Positions 9,953 through 19,954 of a stretch of DNA of 64,000 nt are shown in pieces. Every line of letters begins with the position of its first letter. The stretch's first letter is position 1. The stretch comes from a virus (lineage: Duplodnaviria > Heunggongvirae > Uroviricota > Caudoviricetes). The notes beneath the pieces were generated by a model. It did not search any database. It was not told where the DNA came from and worked only from the letters and a program-made list of their open reading frames with translations. Where the stretch lies: the IMG/VR virus record IMGVR_UViG_2778261087_000003. One strand, 5' to 3'. The translations under genes and the position numbers were made by a program.

Positions 9953-10996
9953 TTATCTAACGCTCGACGAGTGACTTGTGATAGCGCCGACTCCAAGCGC
10001 GTAATCAAAGAACAATCGTTGATGCATCGCCAGCCTACCGTGCGTCTTCTCCCAATTATCGCGGTCACGCTCAATATCACGCTGGCATGACTGGCACAGA
10101 GGAATTGCGTAAATGTCATGCGCGCATAATCGACTATGACGAACGATATAAGGCGTAATGTGAGCGCCAGCTCCCGCCGCTCCACACCCACAGCATGGAC
10201 GGGAAGCAACAAAGTCCATGTACTCAGGTAATTTTAGCGATTGCAGTTTTGGTATTTTGAAATGCGCCATGCCAGGGTCGGAGTCAACATCCACAGGGCA
10301 TACTTTTGCACGCATCGGCGCGGCGCGTTCTTCCATCATCTGAACATATGCTGTAGCGCGATCGTCATACGGGCGAATATCCGCCTCTTTCAGAGGTCCG
10401 CTATCCTGCGTTGCGGCTTTCATCTTATTTATTGATATACGGCAAACTTCTTCCGGCATCAGGTGCATCATGTTGCGCATGAAAGCCCACCAGCACAGTT
10501 CCTGAATACTTAAATCATGGCCATCTGAAAGCCCCATTTCCTGACGGGCGACATCCAGTATCCAGTTAACGCGATTATTATGCAGCGTTTCTTTCAGCTC
10601 ATTAAAACCACGCATCCGGTAATGGTTATCGTGATGCCAGCACAACAACACCGCGCTATTGTCTCGTTCTGCGTGGACAATATGGTTGTCACACCAGCTA
10701 CGATCTGCGGCCTGGCATTGCCCCTCTTTCCTGCGCAACCACGCCACCAGCGCGTCAATTCCACCAATACGGCGAAACAGTTCATCGCTGTTAAAAAACG
10801 GCTGCAACGCCTCATTTGTTGCCATAGTTTGCTCGGAAACAACGAGGCCGTCGTCCATGTGCTCGATTAACTCACGCGGCACCGGCTCCATAATAAATTT
10901 ACGGCCAGCCTCCACCAGCTTTCTGACTTCCTGATCCACTTTGAATGTGGCGACGCCAAGCTCTTTTTGTACAAAGGGAGTAATTACGGCTTTCAC
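9953..10996 (-). CDS. Hypothetical 347-aa protein with Cys/His-rich C-terminus (position of P1 pdcB)
   Basis: ORF co-oriented downstream of doc; CGCG ... CQSC cluster near the C-terminus. Confidence 0.4.
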   Translation of the reverse strand: MKAVITPFVQKELGVATFKVDQEVRKLVEAGRKFIMEPVPRELIEHMDDGLVVSEQTMATNEALQPFFNSDELFRRIGGIDALVAWLRRKEGQCQAADRSWCDNHIVHAERDNSAVLLCWHHDNHYRMRGFNELKETLHNNRVNWILDVARQEMGLSDGHDLSIQELCWWAFMRNMMHLMPEEVCRISINKMKAATQDSGPLKEADIRPYDDRATAYVQMMEERAAPMRAKVCPVDVDSDPGMAHFKIPKLQSLKLPEYMDFVASRPCCGCGAAGAGAHITPYIVRHSRLCAHDIYAIPLCQSCQRDIERDRDNWEKTHGRLAMHQRLFFDYALGVGAITSHSSSVR

Positions 10997-11023
10997 ATCA
11001 CACCTTTCATCACTGATTGGGCT

Positions 11024-11224
11024 TTATCTGCTGCCCGGCATTCTCTGTTTAAGCACAACCATTTCCTGACGGCATAACACAGCAATAGCAGTCCTGGCTC
11101 CAATTTGCTTACCAACCAGGTATTGCTTTACCTCGCGGCGACTCACGCCATCAAGAAGCATCTTTAACGCTTCACGGGACAATTTGTTGTATTTGCGTGC
11201 CATTAATCTACTCCGCAGAACCAT
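11024..11224 (-). CDS. Small basic protein, 66 aa (position of P1 pdcA)
   Basis: Short ORF overlapping the doc 3' end. Confidence 0.3.
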
Positions 11225-11588
11225 ACAATCTACGTAACGTGTCGGCGACAGAAGATACAGATATCTCGCCAGTCGCAGCGCCTACAGTAAGGTCTGCCAG
11301 TTCAGGTGAATCAAATACCTGCACCCCGTTACGGCGTAGAAATAGCAGCGCGCTGTTTAGCGCGGTACGCTTATTGGCATCATTGAATATATGCCCTCTC
11401 GCTGTAGCCACCAGGTAGGTGGCGGAGACTTCGAAAAGGTCGGTGATCTCTTCGTAGGCAACTCTGGCCTGAACTCTCCCGATAATGGCCTCTGCCCTGC
11501 CCGGATCTGACATGCCAGGCAGGCCGCCGTAGCGGCTTATATTCGCATCATGAAGCGCAATAAGTTCTTCCGGTGATATATGCCTCAT
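11208..11588 (-). CDS. doc: Doc toxin (Fic-fold kinase), 126 aa
   Basis: 126-aa translation recognised as P1 Doc; ATGA overlap with the phd stop. Confidence 0.93.
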
Positions 11589-11809
11589 TATCGGTTAACC
11601 AGTTCCTTGTTGGTGGAGTCCAGGGTGTCAAACAGGGATGCAAATTCAGCATCCAGCGCCGCTTTTTTGTAGGCTTCGAAAGTAGCCTTGCTGACAATTA
11701 CTGCTGGCTCACGGCCTCTGCGGGTGATTTCAACCTCTTCCCCGGCTTCAACATTGTTGAGCACTTCAGAAAGGTTGCCACGCGCGGTACGGAAGTTAAT
11801 GGATTGCAT
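11588..11809 (-). CDS. phd: Phd antitoxin, 73 aa
   Basis: [73 protein letters not shown] from the internal ATG. Confidence 0.93.
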
Positions 11810-11881
11810 AAACACCTCGTGTACTCGTTATGTGTACACGATTATAAACTTCACAGGCATAAAGCACCAGCACTTTGCAGC

Positions 11882-12271
11882 TTAAATAACCGGACAATCA
11901 TCAAATTCCCCACTTCGGGCATCATTGATGACATGAGTGATCACACCAAAAACAGCATTACTGCCCGTGTATCCATCGTCATCTACTGGTAACGCCTCTT
12001 TCTTCCCGGTGCTTAAGTCCTCCAGGTGCTGGCGCGGATACTTCCTGTATCTCTTTATGCGATATTCACCCTCCATAGCGCACACAAGCAGAGAACCATC
12101 AACCGGAGTAAGCGAGGAATCAACCACCAGCAAAGCACCCTGCAATATTCCCTCACGGTGATGGCTATCAGCTGCCCGCATGAAGTAGGTCGCTGAAGGA
12201 TGTCTAATTATCTGCTGATCAAGAGAAATTCGGCTTTCAACATAATCCGCCGCAGGAGAAGGGAAGCCCAT
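11882..12271 (-). CDS. humD: HumD, UmuD-like SOS mutagenesis protein, 129 aa
   Basis: 129 aa; UmuD-like C-terminal peptidase region; LexA box 19 nt upstream. Confidence 0.85.
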   Translation of the reverse strand: MGFPSPAADYVESRISLDQQIIRHPSATYFMRAADSHHREGILQGALLVVDSSLTPVDGSLLVCAMEGEYRIKRYRKYPRQHLEDLSTGKKEALPVDDDGYTGSNAVFGVITHVINDARSGEFDDCPVI

Positions 12272-12289
12272 AGCGTTTTACCTCAATGA

Positions 12290-12309
12290 TACTGTTTATT
12301 CATACAGTA
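12290..12309. promoter_or_regulatory. LexA (SOS) box upstream of humD
   Basis: TACTGTttattcatACAGTA, a perfect CTGT-N8-ACAG palindrome. Confidence 0.75.
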
Positions 12310-12394
12310 TACATTGAAAAGGCATAGTTTGTGAAAGCGGGGTTTGTAGGCGCGCCACGCTGGGGGCTAATCACATTTCTCCCCCATCTTGCCG

Positions 12395-12646
12395 TTATTT
12401 TTTTGGTGCATCCTCGTTCTGATACACCGGATCGCTCCCTTTTGGCAACTGGAGGCTTAACTGCCGGTAGTGCCGTAGCCGTTCCATGAAATAGGCGCGC
12501 AGGTTTTCCGGTTGCTCACGGGCCACCTGCTCTGCAATCACAGGTATATTCAGCCGTTCTTTGTAAGCAACGCCGCTGGCGGCAAGGTCTACGTTCACCT
12601 TGTCTCGCTCTTCCTGGCTTTTAGCTGCTATATTTCGATCTGACAC
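12395..12646 (-). CDS. hot: Hot, homologue of DNA polymerase III theta subunit (HolE), 83 aa
   Basis: [43 protein letters not shown] closely resembles E. coli HolE. Confidence 0.8.
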   Translation of the reverse strand: MSDRNIAAKSQEERDKVNVDLAASGVAYKERLNIPVIAEQVAREQPENLRAYFMERLRHYRQLSLQLPKGSDPVYQNEDAPKK

Positions 12647-12678
12647 AAGAAACCTCCAGGAGTTAGTGGATCAGGCAC

Positions 12679-13029
12679 ATGCACAATAACGTTCTCAATG
12701 TTAGCCGTTCAATTCAGACAATCAGAGACTGCACCAGTGTGGTGGCATCAATCCCATTGCGGAACAGCATAGACGAACTGCAAATTCGTGTATTGAATCC
12801 GAATCAGGCTAATAAGCAATTGCGCTTTATTTTGACGCTGAAAAGTGAAACAGAGGGGATAAAGCACAGCGTAAAAGTGTTTTCTGAGGCCATTCTGCTT
12901 AATGGGAAGCTCCGGCATCTGGTAAGGCCAGAACGTCAATATCCTGACGTCCTGGCGCGTGAAAAAGACCTTCTTTCTGAAGTTCAGGATAGGGTGATCG
13001 ATTTCGTCAAATGCTATCCCCTGCATTGA
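12679..13029 (+). CDS. Hypothetical 116-aa protein, divergent from hot
   Basis: ORF with AGGAG-like RBS; overlaps an antisense 92-aa track ORF judged less likely. Confidence 0.35.
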   Translation: MHNNVLNVSRSIQTIRDCTSVVASIPLRNSIDELQIRVLNPNQANKQLRFILTLKSETEGIKHSVKVFSEAILLNGKLRHLVRPERQYPDVLAREKDLLSEVQDRVIDFVKCYPLH

Positions 13030-13298
13030 GGGCAGGTGTTCCCTTCCGCAAAGTAGGGAAAATTGCTATCAAGTTCATCACACCATCTGCGATGGTCGTA
13101 GCACCAAAACGCCTCCCACGGTGCACGGAAATACTTCATCCACCAGGACACTCGATCAGGTATATCTGCTGGTGGCAGTTCTTCTGGCAATAATTTGCCT
13201 GATAATTCCCTTTCCGCCCGCGACAGCATTTTTTTGAGGCTCGCGTTCTCTTTTTCAAGCTCATCTACGCGCACCTGTAATTCAGCTTTCGTTGGCAT
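13014..13298 (-). CDS. Small coiled-coil protein with C-terminal CPQC (internal start of track ORF 13014..13379)
   Basis: MPTKAELQVRVDELEKEN... ; longer form would overlap the upstream gene by about 100 nt. Confidence 0.35.
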   Translation of the reverse strand: MPTKAELQVRVDELEKENASLKKMLSRAERELSGKLLPEELPPADIPDRVSWWMKYFRAPWEAFWCYDHRRWCDELDSNFPYFAEGNTCPQCRG

Positions 13299-14220
13299 GG
13301 TCCACCTCATGCTTTTCAGCCACCAGCGGCAATAAAGCCCTGGCCATCTTATGAACCAATAGTGCATCAATAATGCCAAGCGTATGCCCCGGCTTAATGT
13401 TTAATGCCGCCTCAAGGTGACACCTTTCCAGGTCACTTTTCTCGGCTTGTTTATGATGATCTGGTGTAATAACGTCGCCCAAAACACGGCTAATTCTTTC
13501 TCGTAATTGCTGGGTGCCAGCACACTTGATCGCTGTATCGTGGAGACGGTTAACCAGTTCGCGATAAACATGCGGCTTAATGCGGATACGTTCACCGGTG
13601 ACGCCCTTTCCTGGCGCTGGCACCGAACTATCCGGAATATCCGGATAGTTGCCAGCCTCGTAAGCTACCCACAGCCAGTGCATGAATGTTTCAGTGGACA
13701 CACAACCACAGTCCACATCGATTTTCCCGCGTTGCTGTTCCAGCCATTGCCCAAAATCCAACCTGTAAGTCTTACTTTCAAGTTCATCACCATTGAACTC
13801 GACTTTCTGCGACGCTATGAGAGCTGATTCGTATTGTTCGCGAGTGACAACTGACTGGTATTCATCGCTATCAAGGCCACCAATTGGAAGCTCAATCTCA
13901 CAACAAAAATTGCGCCCAAAGAAAGTGTCTTTTTTGTGGTCTGAGCCAAAAGCAAAAGTCGCGCATGGTGCCATTAAATTGACACTGGGTAGGTAACAAT
14001 AACTCATTCCATCAGGCCACCCGCCGCACTTAGGCAGCTCCTTCACTAACAAGTCGATAAGCTTCATTTTTTTATCATCTTTGCAAGCCGCCAAAGCCAT
14101 TTGGGCAAGTGCCAATACTTCATCTGCCGTATATCCAGCACCGTGACCATACATTTCGATACGGGAAATAATCTCTGATATACGCTCTTCAGTGATTCTG
14201 GTCATTTCTTTTTGCGCCAT
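13282..14220 (-). CDS. Hypothetical 312-aa protein
   Basis: Long ORF in the leftward early operon; no recognisable domain. Confidence 0.5.
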   Translation of the reverse strand: MAQKEMTRITEERISEIISRIEMYGHGAGYTADEVLALAQMALAACKDDKKMKLIDLLVKELPKCGGWPDGMSYCYLPSVNLMAPCATFAFGSDHKKDTFFGRNFCCEIELPIGGLDSDEYQSVVTREQYESALIASQKVEFNGDELESKTYRLDFGQWLEQQRGKIDVDCGCVSTETFMHWLWVAYEAGNYPDIPDSSVPAPGKGVTGERIRIKPHVYRELVNRLHDTAIKCAGTQQLRERISRVLGDVITPDHHKQAEKSDLERCHLEAALNIKPGHTLGIIDALLVHKMARALLPLVAEKHEVDHANES

Positions 14221-14576
14221 TTCTTTTCACATTCCTTAGTCCATTTTTCAATGTTCATTTTGGCAATATCGGTCATTCCATCACCTAAGAAATACTTTCT
14301 CCGGTATGTCTTGCACTTAAACCACACTACAACAGCCACCAGCCAGAAAATAAAAGGCCATACAGCAATACCAACGACTGCCGCGATAAAGCTCAATATC
14401 CATAAATGAAGCTCTCCAACTTCTGTTTCCGGCAATATTCTTAAAGAATTAAACAGTAGGCTGAACGCATGGTCGTATGCATTGGCAGTATAAGACATGC
14501 AATCCATATAATTAAAGTCATAGCCTGCGGCTGCCGCCCATAATGGGCGGTCAAGAAAATGTTTTAGTGTCATCAT
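14202..14576 (-). CDS. Small membrane protein, 124 aa
   Basis: Hydrophobic stretch ILSFIAAVVGIAVWPFIFWLVAVVVWF followed by a basic tail. Confidence 0.45.
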   Translation of the reverse strand: MMTLKHFLDRPLWAAAAGYDFNYMDCMSYTANAYDHAFSLLFNSLRILPETEVGELHLWILSFIAAVVGIAVWPFIFWLVAVVVWFKCKTYRRKYFLGDGMTDIAKMNIEKWTKECEKKWRKKK

Positions 14577-14582
14577 ATAAAT

Positions 14583-14876
14583 TTAAGGTTCAGACCAGTT
14601 ATCTTCAATAGCAATGCTTAATCTTTGTAGCCATTCTGCTAATTTCAGCATTGCTTCTCTTTCGCTTAAACCACGAGGAAAATCATCAAGCGAAATTGTT
14701 GGCTTGAAGCCCCCGTAATTATCCATTTCAACTGTCAGATTTTGCTCCAGCACGGTATTCCTTACGCGGCTATTGTGCCGAAGCAAATATACTGAACGTG
14801 ATTTATTGGTTTTGTGGTCGAACGTATATTCGGTAAGTATCATCTGACTTCCGCCATGATTATTACCGCGCCACAT
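14583..14876 (-). CDS. Hypothetical 97-aa protein
   Basis: ORF in operon context. Confidence 0.4.
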   Translation of the reverse strand: MWRGNNHGGSQMILTEYTFDHKTNKSRSVYLLRHNSRVRNTVLEQNLTVEMDNYGGFKPTISLDDFPRGLSEREAMLKLAEWLQRLSIAIEDNWSEP

Positions 14877-14899
14877 AATTACTCCGTGTTAATTGAAAT

Positions 14900-15202
14900 T
14901 TAGCTATTAATCTTCACTTTTATCGCGAACACCTTTACCGGTTTATCACCGAAGTGTGGATGTGTGATTGTTTTTATTTCATATCCGTTATACGGGACGT
15001 CAATTCTGCGACTGAAGTCTTCGCGCTTCGGATATCCCTTTGTGATAATCAGGCGGTAATACTTACGGTTAACGAGGCGCTTATTCCAGTAGTCATTACA
15101 CAGGCGATACTCTTCCGTTTTCTCCCCGCGAATCATGGCATCGAAGTATTCACCTTTAACGGCAAGTTGCAGGTTAGCCATTACCTCACCTCCAGTCTCC
15201 AT
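14900..15202 (-). CDS. ASCH/PUA-like small protein, 100 aa
   Basis: GEYFDAMIRGEKTEEYRL resembles the ASCH domain signature. Confidence 0.4.
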   Translation of the reverse strand: METGGEVMANLQLAVKGEYFDAMIRGEKTEEYRLCNDYWNKRLVNRKYYRLIITKGYPKREDFSRRIDVPYNGYEIKTITHPHFGDKPVKVFAIKVKINS

Positions 15203-15513
15203 ACCGCCTGACCAATCCGGCTGGCATAGGTATCTTTGGATACTGTTCCGTCTTTAGCCATCTCCATAAGAATTTTGCGCAAATCTGCCGAACGCCATTC
15301 TTCATCAGGAAATTCCTTCTCCATTGCCAACCGCAGACTCCAGGTTGCCATCCTGAATGGATATTCCCCGCCGAGAACTTTCTCTTGCAGGGCTGCACGG
15401 GAACGCATCACCTGCAAAATCTTCTCTTTCACATCCATCATTTCACCTCCTGCGGCGGTTCCGGTAGCGGCATCCAGTGTGATGGTATCCACGACGCACC
15501 AGGTATTACCCAC
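15181..15513 (-). CDS. Hypothetical 110-aa protein
   Basis: ORF in operon context. Confidence 0.35.
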   Translation of the reverse strand: MGNTWCVVDTITLDAATGTAAGGEMMDVKEKILQVMRSRAALQEKVLGGEYPFRMATWSLRLAMEKEFPDEEWRSADLRKILMEMAKDGTVSKDTYASRIGQAVWRLEVR

Positions 15514-15998
15514 CCATCATTAGCGTCAGGATGCCCCGGGATGTAAGTCGCCCATTTCATTCGCCAGTCACCTTTCCTGTCAAACTCCCTGGCAACAAGA
15601 ACGGCTGTTTTGGTATCCGGCATTCGCTCACTACAGCTTATCCAGCCATCCGGAGTTACCGGAGAGTTGCCATTTACATCGAAGTTTGGCTCTGCGTCCT
15701 GAACCAGGAGGATGTAACCATTCTTGGCTGTATCAAGTTCTAACGCCTCGGTGACGGTGCCGAAATAGCGATTACCTAAATCAGCATCACAAGTGCTTAC
15801 ATCAATGGAAACTTCCATGCCTTCGATTAATTCTGGTAAGTTGTAAGTTTGGTTTACAGGCTCTGCTTCCAGCGATGCCAGAGCAATTCGTGCCAGTTCT
15901 TCCGCTTCTTCTGCTGGCAGTACAACGTTGCTACCCGGTCCGTATGTTTCGCGCCACTGCTTGATTGTCAGCAGTCGCTCTTTGGTAATAGTGATCAT
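15438..15998 (-). CDS. Ead/Ea22-like phage protein (paralogue of 16873..17235), 186 aa
   Basis: Shares N-terminal ITKER ... ELARIALASLEAEPV with 16873..17235. Confidence 0.5.
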   Translation of the reverse strand: MITITKERLLTIKQWRETYGPGSNVVLPAEEAEELARIALASLEAEPVNQTYNLPELIEGMEVSIDVSTCDADLGNRYFGTVTEALELDTAKNGYILLVQDAEPNFDVNGNSPVTPDGWISCSERMPDTKTAVLVAREFDRKGDWRMKWATYIPGHPDANDGWVIPGASWIPSHWMPLPEPPQEVK

Positions 15999-16582
15999 GC
16001 CGCGTTTCCTTCTTTCTTATTAACAATTACACCGTCATATATTTCATTAAGGTGCCCTCTCAACTCCATGCGCCTTAATGCAGATAACATGTAATCGCAT
16101 TCAACCTGCTTATTTCCAGTAAATGGCTTATCGTCAGGATTACCCCAACAGCAATTACCCTTGGGCCACCCATGTACTTTCCGTACTCTTCCGTTAACAA
16201 CGTGAAGTAATCCCCAGCCAGGTGGTAAATCCTCAACTGAAATAATTCCCGGCTCACTAATAAAGAATCGCCAGTCGCCCATTCCAAGAGATGGATTTTT
16301 ACGAAAACGCTTTTTTCTATCTGCCAACAAGTCAGCACGAGAACACTTCGCCTCTATCAGGCATGATGCTGAATTTCTGAATCCCATAGCATCTGGCTGT
16401 TCTCCGGTACTGGTTACAGCTATAAAGCGGTCATGAAAACAAACCTTGAACCCGTTGCGCTTAAGGAACTTATACGCAATCTGACAGAGTTCGCGGTGTG
16501 TTAACGCCATATCACTCTCCTTTAGTGCGCAAGTGGTTTTTCCAGCGGTTTTGCGCCGCGCTGGGCTTTTTGCAAAAACCAC
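15995..16582 (-). CDS. Hypothetical protein with possible PD-(D/E)xK-like nuclease motif
   Basis: D ... EAK pattern; likely internal start at MALTHREL. Confidence 0.35.
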   Translation of the reverse strand: MVFAKSPARRKTAGKTTCALKESDMALTHRELCQIAYKFLKRNGFKVCFHDRFIAVTSTGEQPDAMGFRNSASCLIEAKCSRADLLADRKKRFRKNPSLGMGDWRFFISEPGIISVEDLPPGWGLLHVVNGRVRKVHGWPKGNCCWGNPDDKPFTGNKQVECDYMLSALRRMELRGHLNEIYDGVIVNKKEGNAA

Positions 16583-16872
16583 AATCCATCATCCCGTAAT
16601 ATTTCATCAACCCCATCCGTCGGTTGCTGAGTCTCACCCACTGCCAGACGCCAGGAGCGTTTCTACGAACTAACAGAATCTTTGCTTTACGGTTTTTCAT
16701 CGCTTTGCTCTCCTGCGTCTCTTTGCTGCTCGTCGTGCCGCTGCAATACCGGTATGGCGGCGCTTTGGTGCCGGGATGATGTTGTCAGCCATCAGGACAT
16801 GTGGCTTTGCAATTAGCGCAGAAGCCCAAAAACGAGTCGGGTACGGTAACAAGCCGAAAAATGCCACACGCA

Positions 16873-17235
16873 TTACTCATCTCCCTTACCCTGAAGCATG
16901 GCAGCGCGGCAGGCGTTCCAGCCATCAACATAATCAAACGTATTGCTATCGTCTGGCTCGATTTCATCCGGCACTACCGGCTCTGGTTGGATAGTGACGT
17001 TGGCAAAGGCAGCACGCAAACCGGCCTTAATTTCCTCTACTTCATCAGCGCCTAGCGATGAATCTGACAATGCGTGATGGAATGCGTAAGCCATGTCGTC
17101 GTTTACTGCAACCGGTTCGGCTTCCAGTGATGCCAGCGCAATTCGTGCCAGTTCCATTTGTTCGCCACGGGTAAGCCCGTTATCAAGCGGATTTTTAATG
17201 AATAATTCGATACGTTCTTTGGTAATAGTGGTCAT
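16873..17235 (-). CDS. Ead/Ea22-like phage protein, 120 aa
   Basis: N-terminal motif shared with 15438..15998. Confidence 0.45.
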   Translation of the reverse strand: MTTITKERIELFIKNPLDNGLTRGEQMELARIALASLEAEPVAVNDDMAYAFHHALSDSSLGADEVEEIKAGLRAAFANVTIQPEPVVPDEIEPDDSNTFDYVDGWNACRAAMLQGKGDE

Positions 17236-17474
17236 TTGTTAATCCTCAAAACTTTATGCCCGGGCGCAAAAGCACGTGTTTTGTCTTTACTTATTCGCCA
17301 CCCGTCTTTACGGGCCTCTTTTGCACAACCAGACCATGACGTACCGATATACTCACCGAAGTCTGGCACTGGATATACACCTTCCGTACACTGGCGGCAG
17401 TCACAATAGAGATGCATGGTGTAACTTGCAGCGATAGCCATATCACTCTCCTTTGATGCGAATGCCTGTTGCAA
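17232..17474 (-). CDS. Small Cys-rich (zinc-ribbon-like) protein, 80 aa
   Basis: CDCRQC ... C pattern. Confidence 0.35.
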   Translation of the reverse strand: MQQAFASKESDMAIAASYTMHLYCDCRQCTEGVYPVPDFGEYIGTSWSGCAKEARKDGWRISKDKTRAFAPGHKVLRINK

Positions 17475-17928
17475 TGCTGTTTATGATGCTGTCAGTGCAT
17501 GGGGTAGAAAGCTGGGCATCTCCAGCAATTTTCATGACCTCAACATCTGCATATCGAATACCGAGGTGTATCAGACCGGCTATACCTGACTTAAGCCGAG
17601 CATTTTCCATAAACAGATCCTTTGCCCGCTGTTTTTCTGCCTCAAGCTCAACGCGCAACTTCCCTACCGTTAGCGCAATATCCTCGTTCTCCTGGTCGCG
17701 GGATTTGATGTATTGCTGGTTTCTTTCCCGTTCATCCAGTAGTGCCAGCACGGTTTCTGGTCCGGCCAGAAATTTGAAGGCGTTGAGCGCATCAATATCC
17801 ACACCGTAATCTTTAAGTTCCTGTTCGCTTATCAGATCATCATCAACTGGCAACATTAACAGGCGTTCCATTGCCGGAATTGCACGTTCTGCCGCCTCAC
17901 GCAGTGCCTGATAGTTAATTTTGGTCAT
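17443..17928 (-). CDS. Hypothetical coiled-coil protein, 161 aa (paralogue family with 19244..19954)
   Basis: N-terminus INYQALREAAERA resembles TIDYQELREAAEQA of 19244..19954. Confidence 0.45.
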   Translation of the reverse strand: MTKINYQALREAAERAIPAMERLLMLPVDDDLISEQELKDYGVDIDALNAFKFLAGPETVLALLDERERNQQYIKSRDQENEDIALTVGKLRVELEAEKQRAKDLFMENARLKSGIAGLIHLGIRYADVEVMKIAGDAQLSTPCTDSIINSIATGIRIKGE

Positions 17929-17929
17929 A

Positions 17930-18229
17930 TCACATCACCCTGAAGCCGTTGCATTTACGTAAAAAATCGCAGATATAGCCCTTCATTTTTTCATGCCAAT
18001 CTCGATCATTCCCATTGCACCACCCATCAGGTGGAGTCCAGTTTTCTATCAGAGCAGCCATTTTCTTTGCTTTCGCCGGAGTAGCTGTTGCGGTATCGCA
18101 GTAATGACGAGTGTCAACCAACGTATCCATACCATCGATATCAAGTACGCAAAACCATGTGTGATTCGGCATTTCAACAGATGGTATTTGTTGCCCACGT
18201 CGACGTTTATCAATAAGACATACAGTCAC
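17930..18229 (-). CDS. Hypothetical 99-aa protein
   Basis: ORF in operon context. Confidence 0.35.
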   Translation of the reverse strand: MTVCLIDKRRRGQQIPSVEMPNHTWFCVLDIDGMDTLVDTRHYCDTATATPAKAKKMAALIENWTPPDGWCNGNDRDWHEKMKGYICDFLRKCNGFRVM

Positions 18230-18960
18230 TGGTTGCCTCCTTTGCGAAGCTGGGCAGCAAAGTCAACTAACCACTCAGTCATTTCAACCTTCCCTACCAG
18301 GTCTGAACCAGGGTGCATACAGCAATCACTCTGCGCCGCTTTGAAATCCTTATACTCATATTCTTGGGCCACCAGATTTTTTGCAGCTTCTATAGCAGCA
18401 TCCACCCCCTGCGCCCGGACTTCAGCCAAGAAAGCGTCGGTGGCTGACATATTTCCTGTTGCCTTCATGGCCTTCAAAATAACCAGAACGCCATCTCGCC
18501 CAACCACCTCAGCGATAACCTCGGTGTTGTCGCCAACAACATCGCAGAATGCCTGAAATGCCTTACGAGCCAGCTCATTCTCCACTGCCAGCGCCGTGCG
18601 ATTACCCTCCAGCTCTGCAATGCGCTGTTTTGCGGCATCCAGTTCAATCGACAATTTTTCCAACTGCTCTTGATGCTTCTTGTATTCCTGATATGCGTGC
18701 CAAGACTGACCTTTGCGCACACTATCAGTGATATCAGTAATCTGTTCTGGTGTTAGCGTGGTCAGTGGCTGTGATGGGAAAATAAGCACTTTCCCGGAAT
18801 CCCAATCAAAACCAGCGTGAATTGACTGAACCTCAACTGAAGGTGTTGAACCAATGCTGCCAGGCGAATGAACAACGATTGTTACATCCATATCGCGACG
18901 ATGGCTGTGGTTGTTGGACAAAATACGATTCACCAACTCAGAAAATTTGGAAATTTTCAT
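18226..18960 (-). CDS. Hypothetical 244-aa protein (ATDAFLAEVRA motif family)
   Basis: Shares ATDAFLAE(V/I)RA and a C-terminal LRKG block with 19244..19954. Confidence 0.45.
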   Translation of the reverse strand: MKISKFSELVNRILSNNHSHRRDMDVTIVVHSPGSIGSTPSVEVQSIHAGFDWDSGKVLIFPSQPLTTLTPEQITDITDSVRKGQSWHAYQEYKKHQEQLEKLSIELDAAKQRIAELEGNRTALAVENELARKAFQAFCDVVGDNTEVIAEVVGRDGVLVILKAMKATGNMSATDAFLAEVRAQGVDAAIEAAKNLVAQEYEYKDFKAAQSDCCMHPGSDLVGKVEMTEWLVDFAAQLRKGGNQ

Positions 18961-19280
18961 GCTGATTCCCCTTTCTCTGCTCTCTCCTGTCGGAACATCA
19001 CTATCATCAGGTCGCCTTTTGTCGCTATCCTGGCTGTTGTACCTGGTTCAATGCGGCTAAGCTCAAATGCGTCATAGAACGCTTCTAATGCCTTCTGGCG
19101 TAGTTCCTGTTTGCGCCGTTTTTTCCACTGTTTTAGGAAAATGGAACCCAGCCATCGCCATGTGCGGGACATGATGTAAAGCCAACCGAGAAGTGCCAGA
19201 CCGGTATTTAGGAGCGTATCGATCGTTATTGTCGTGTCGATATTCACTGGCTGCTTCCTTTGCGAATCTGTTCCGCCCAT
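18957..19280 (-). CDS. Small membrane protein, 107 aa
   Basis: Hydrophobic N-terminal segment. Confidence 0.35.
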   Translation of the reverse strand: MGGTDSQRKQPVNIDTTITIDTLLNTGLALLGWLYIMSRTWRWLGSIFLKQWKKRRKQELRQKALEAFYDAFELSRIEPGTTARIATKGDLMIVMFRQERAEKGESA

Positions 19281-19954
19281 TCTTCAAGGGATTTCTCCGC
19301 ATATTCACCAGACAGGCCATCAATCGGATGCGCTTCATTAGCCAACTCTTCTTTCGCTGACAAAATCATGCGTGTAACGTCGAAAACTTCACGCAAAGAC
19401 TTATTGATAAATCCGTGATTGAACGCAGCAGCAAGACGGCTGGCGGTATAGTTAATCCCCTCGTTGCGTGCTTCCGCACGAATTTCAGCCAGAAAAGCAT
19501 CGGTAGCTGGAGTTTCGCTGTGGTGCAGGGCATCGTTGATAATCATTGCAGCAACTCCGGCCTGCCCTGCATCCGTGACCGACACATGATCAAGAGTTAC
19601 AGCCATTGCGAGTTTCAGCCCGGCGTTCTCTGCCACCAGAGCCGCGAGCTTAGTCTCAAGCGGTGCTATTCGGCACATAGCATCAATATTTGTGTCCTCC
19701 AGGCGCTTAATTTCGCCCAGGAGTGCCAGCGCAACTTTTGGTGGGATAGCCGCGATATAACGGGCATTAGCACCAGCATTCCTTTGCCCATCAATGCCAG
19801 GCCAGTCAATAAAGTATCCGCAATGCCTACCCTCAGACGTGCGCGCAGGATAAATGCCGTTATGACCCGGCAAAATATATGCTACCCATTCATCTTGCGT
19901 TGCCTGTTCCGCCGCCTCGCGCAGTTCTTGATAGTCAATTGTCATTCTCGCCAT
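19244..19954 (-). CDS. Hypothetical 236-aa protein (paralogue family)
   Basis: Motifs shared with 17443..17928 and 18226..18960. Confidence 0.45.
   Translation of the reverse strand: MARMTIDYQELREAAEQATQDEWVAYILPGHNGIYPARTSEGRHCGYFIDWPGIDGQRNAGANARYIAAIPPKVALALLGEIKRLEDTNIDAMCRIAPLETKLAALVAENAGLKLAMAVTLDHVSVTDAGQAGVAAMIINDALHHSETPATDAFLAEIRAEARNEGINYTASRLAAAFNHGFINKSLREVFDVTRMILSAKEELANEAHPIDGLSGEYAEKSLEEWAEQIRKGSSQ

Noticed and set aside
12748-13026. 92-aa minus-strand ORF overlapping the 116-aa plus-strand ORF at 12679..13029
   Set aside because: Only one of the two fully overlapping frames is likely real; the plus-strand frame has the better RBS and amino-acid composition.
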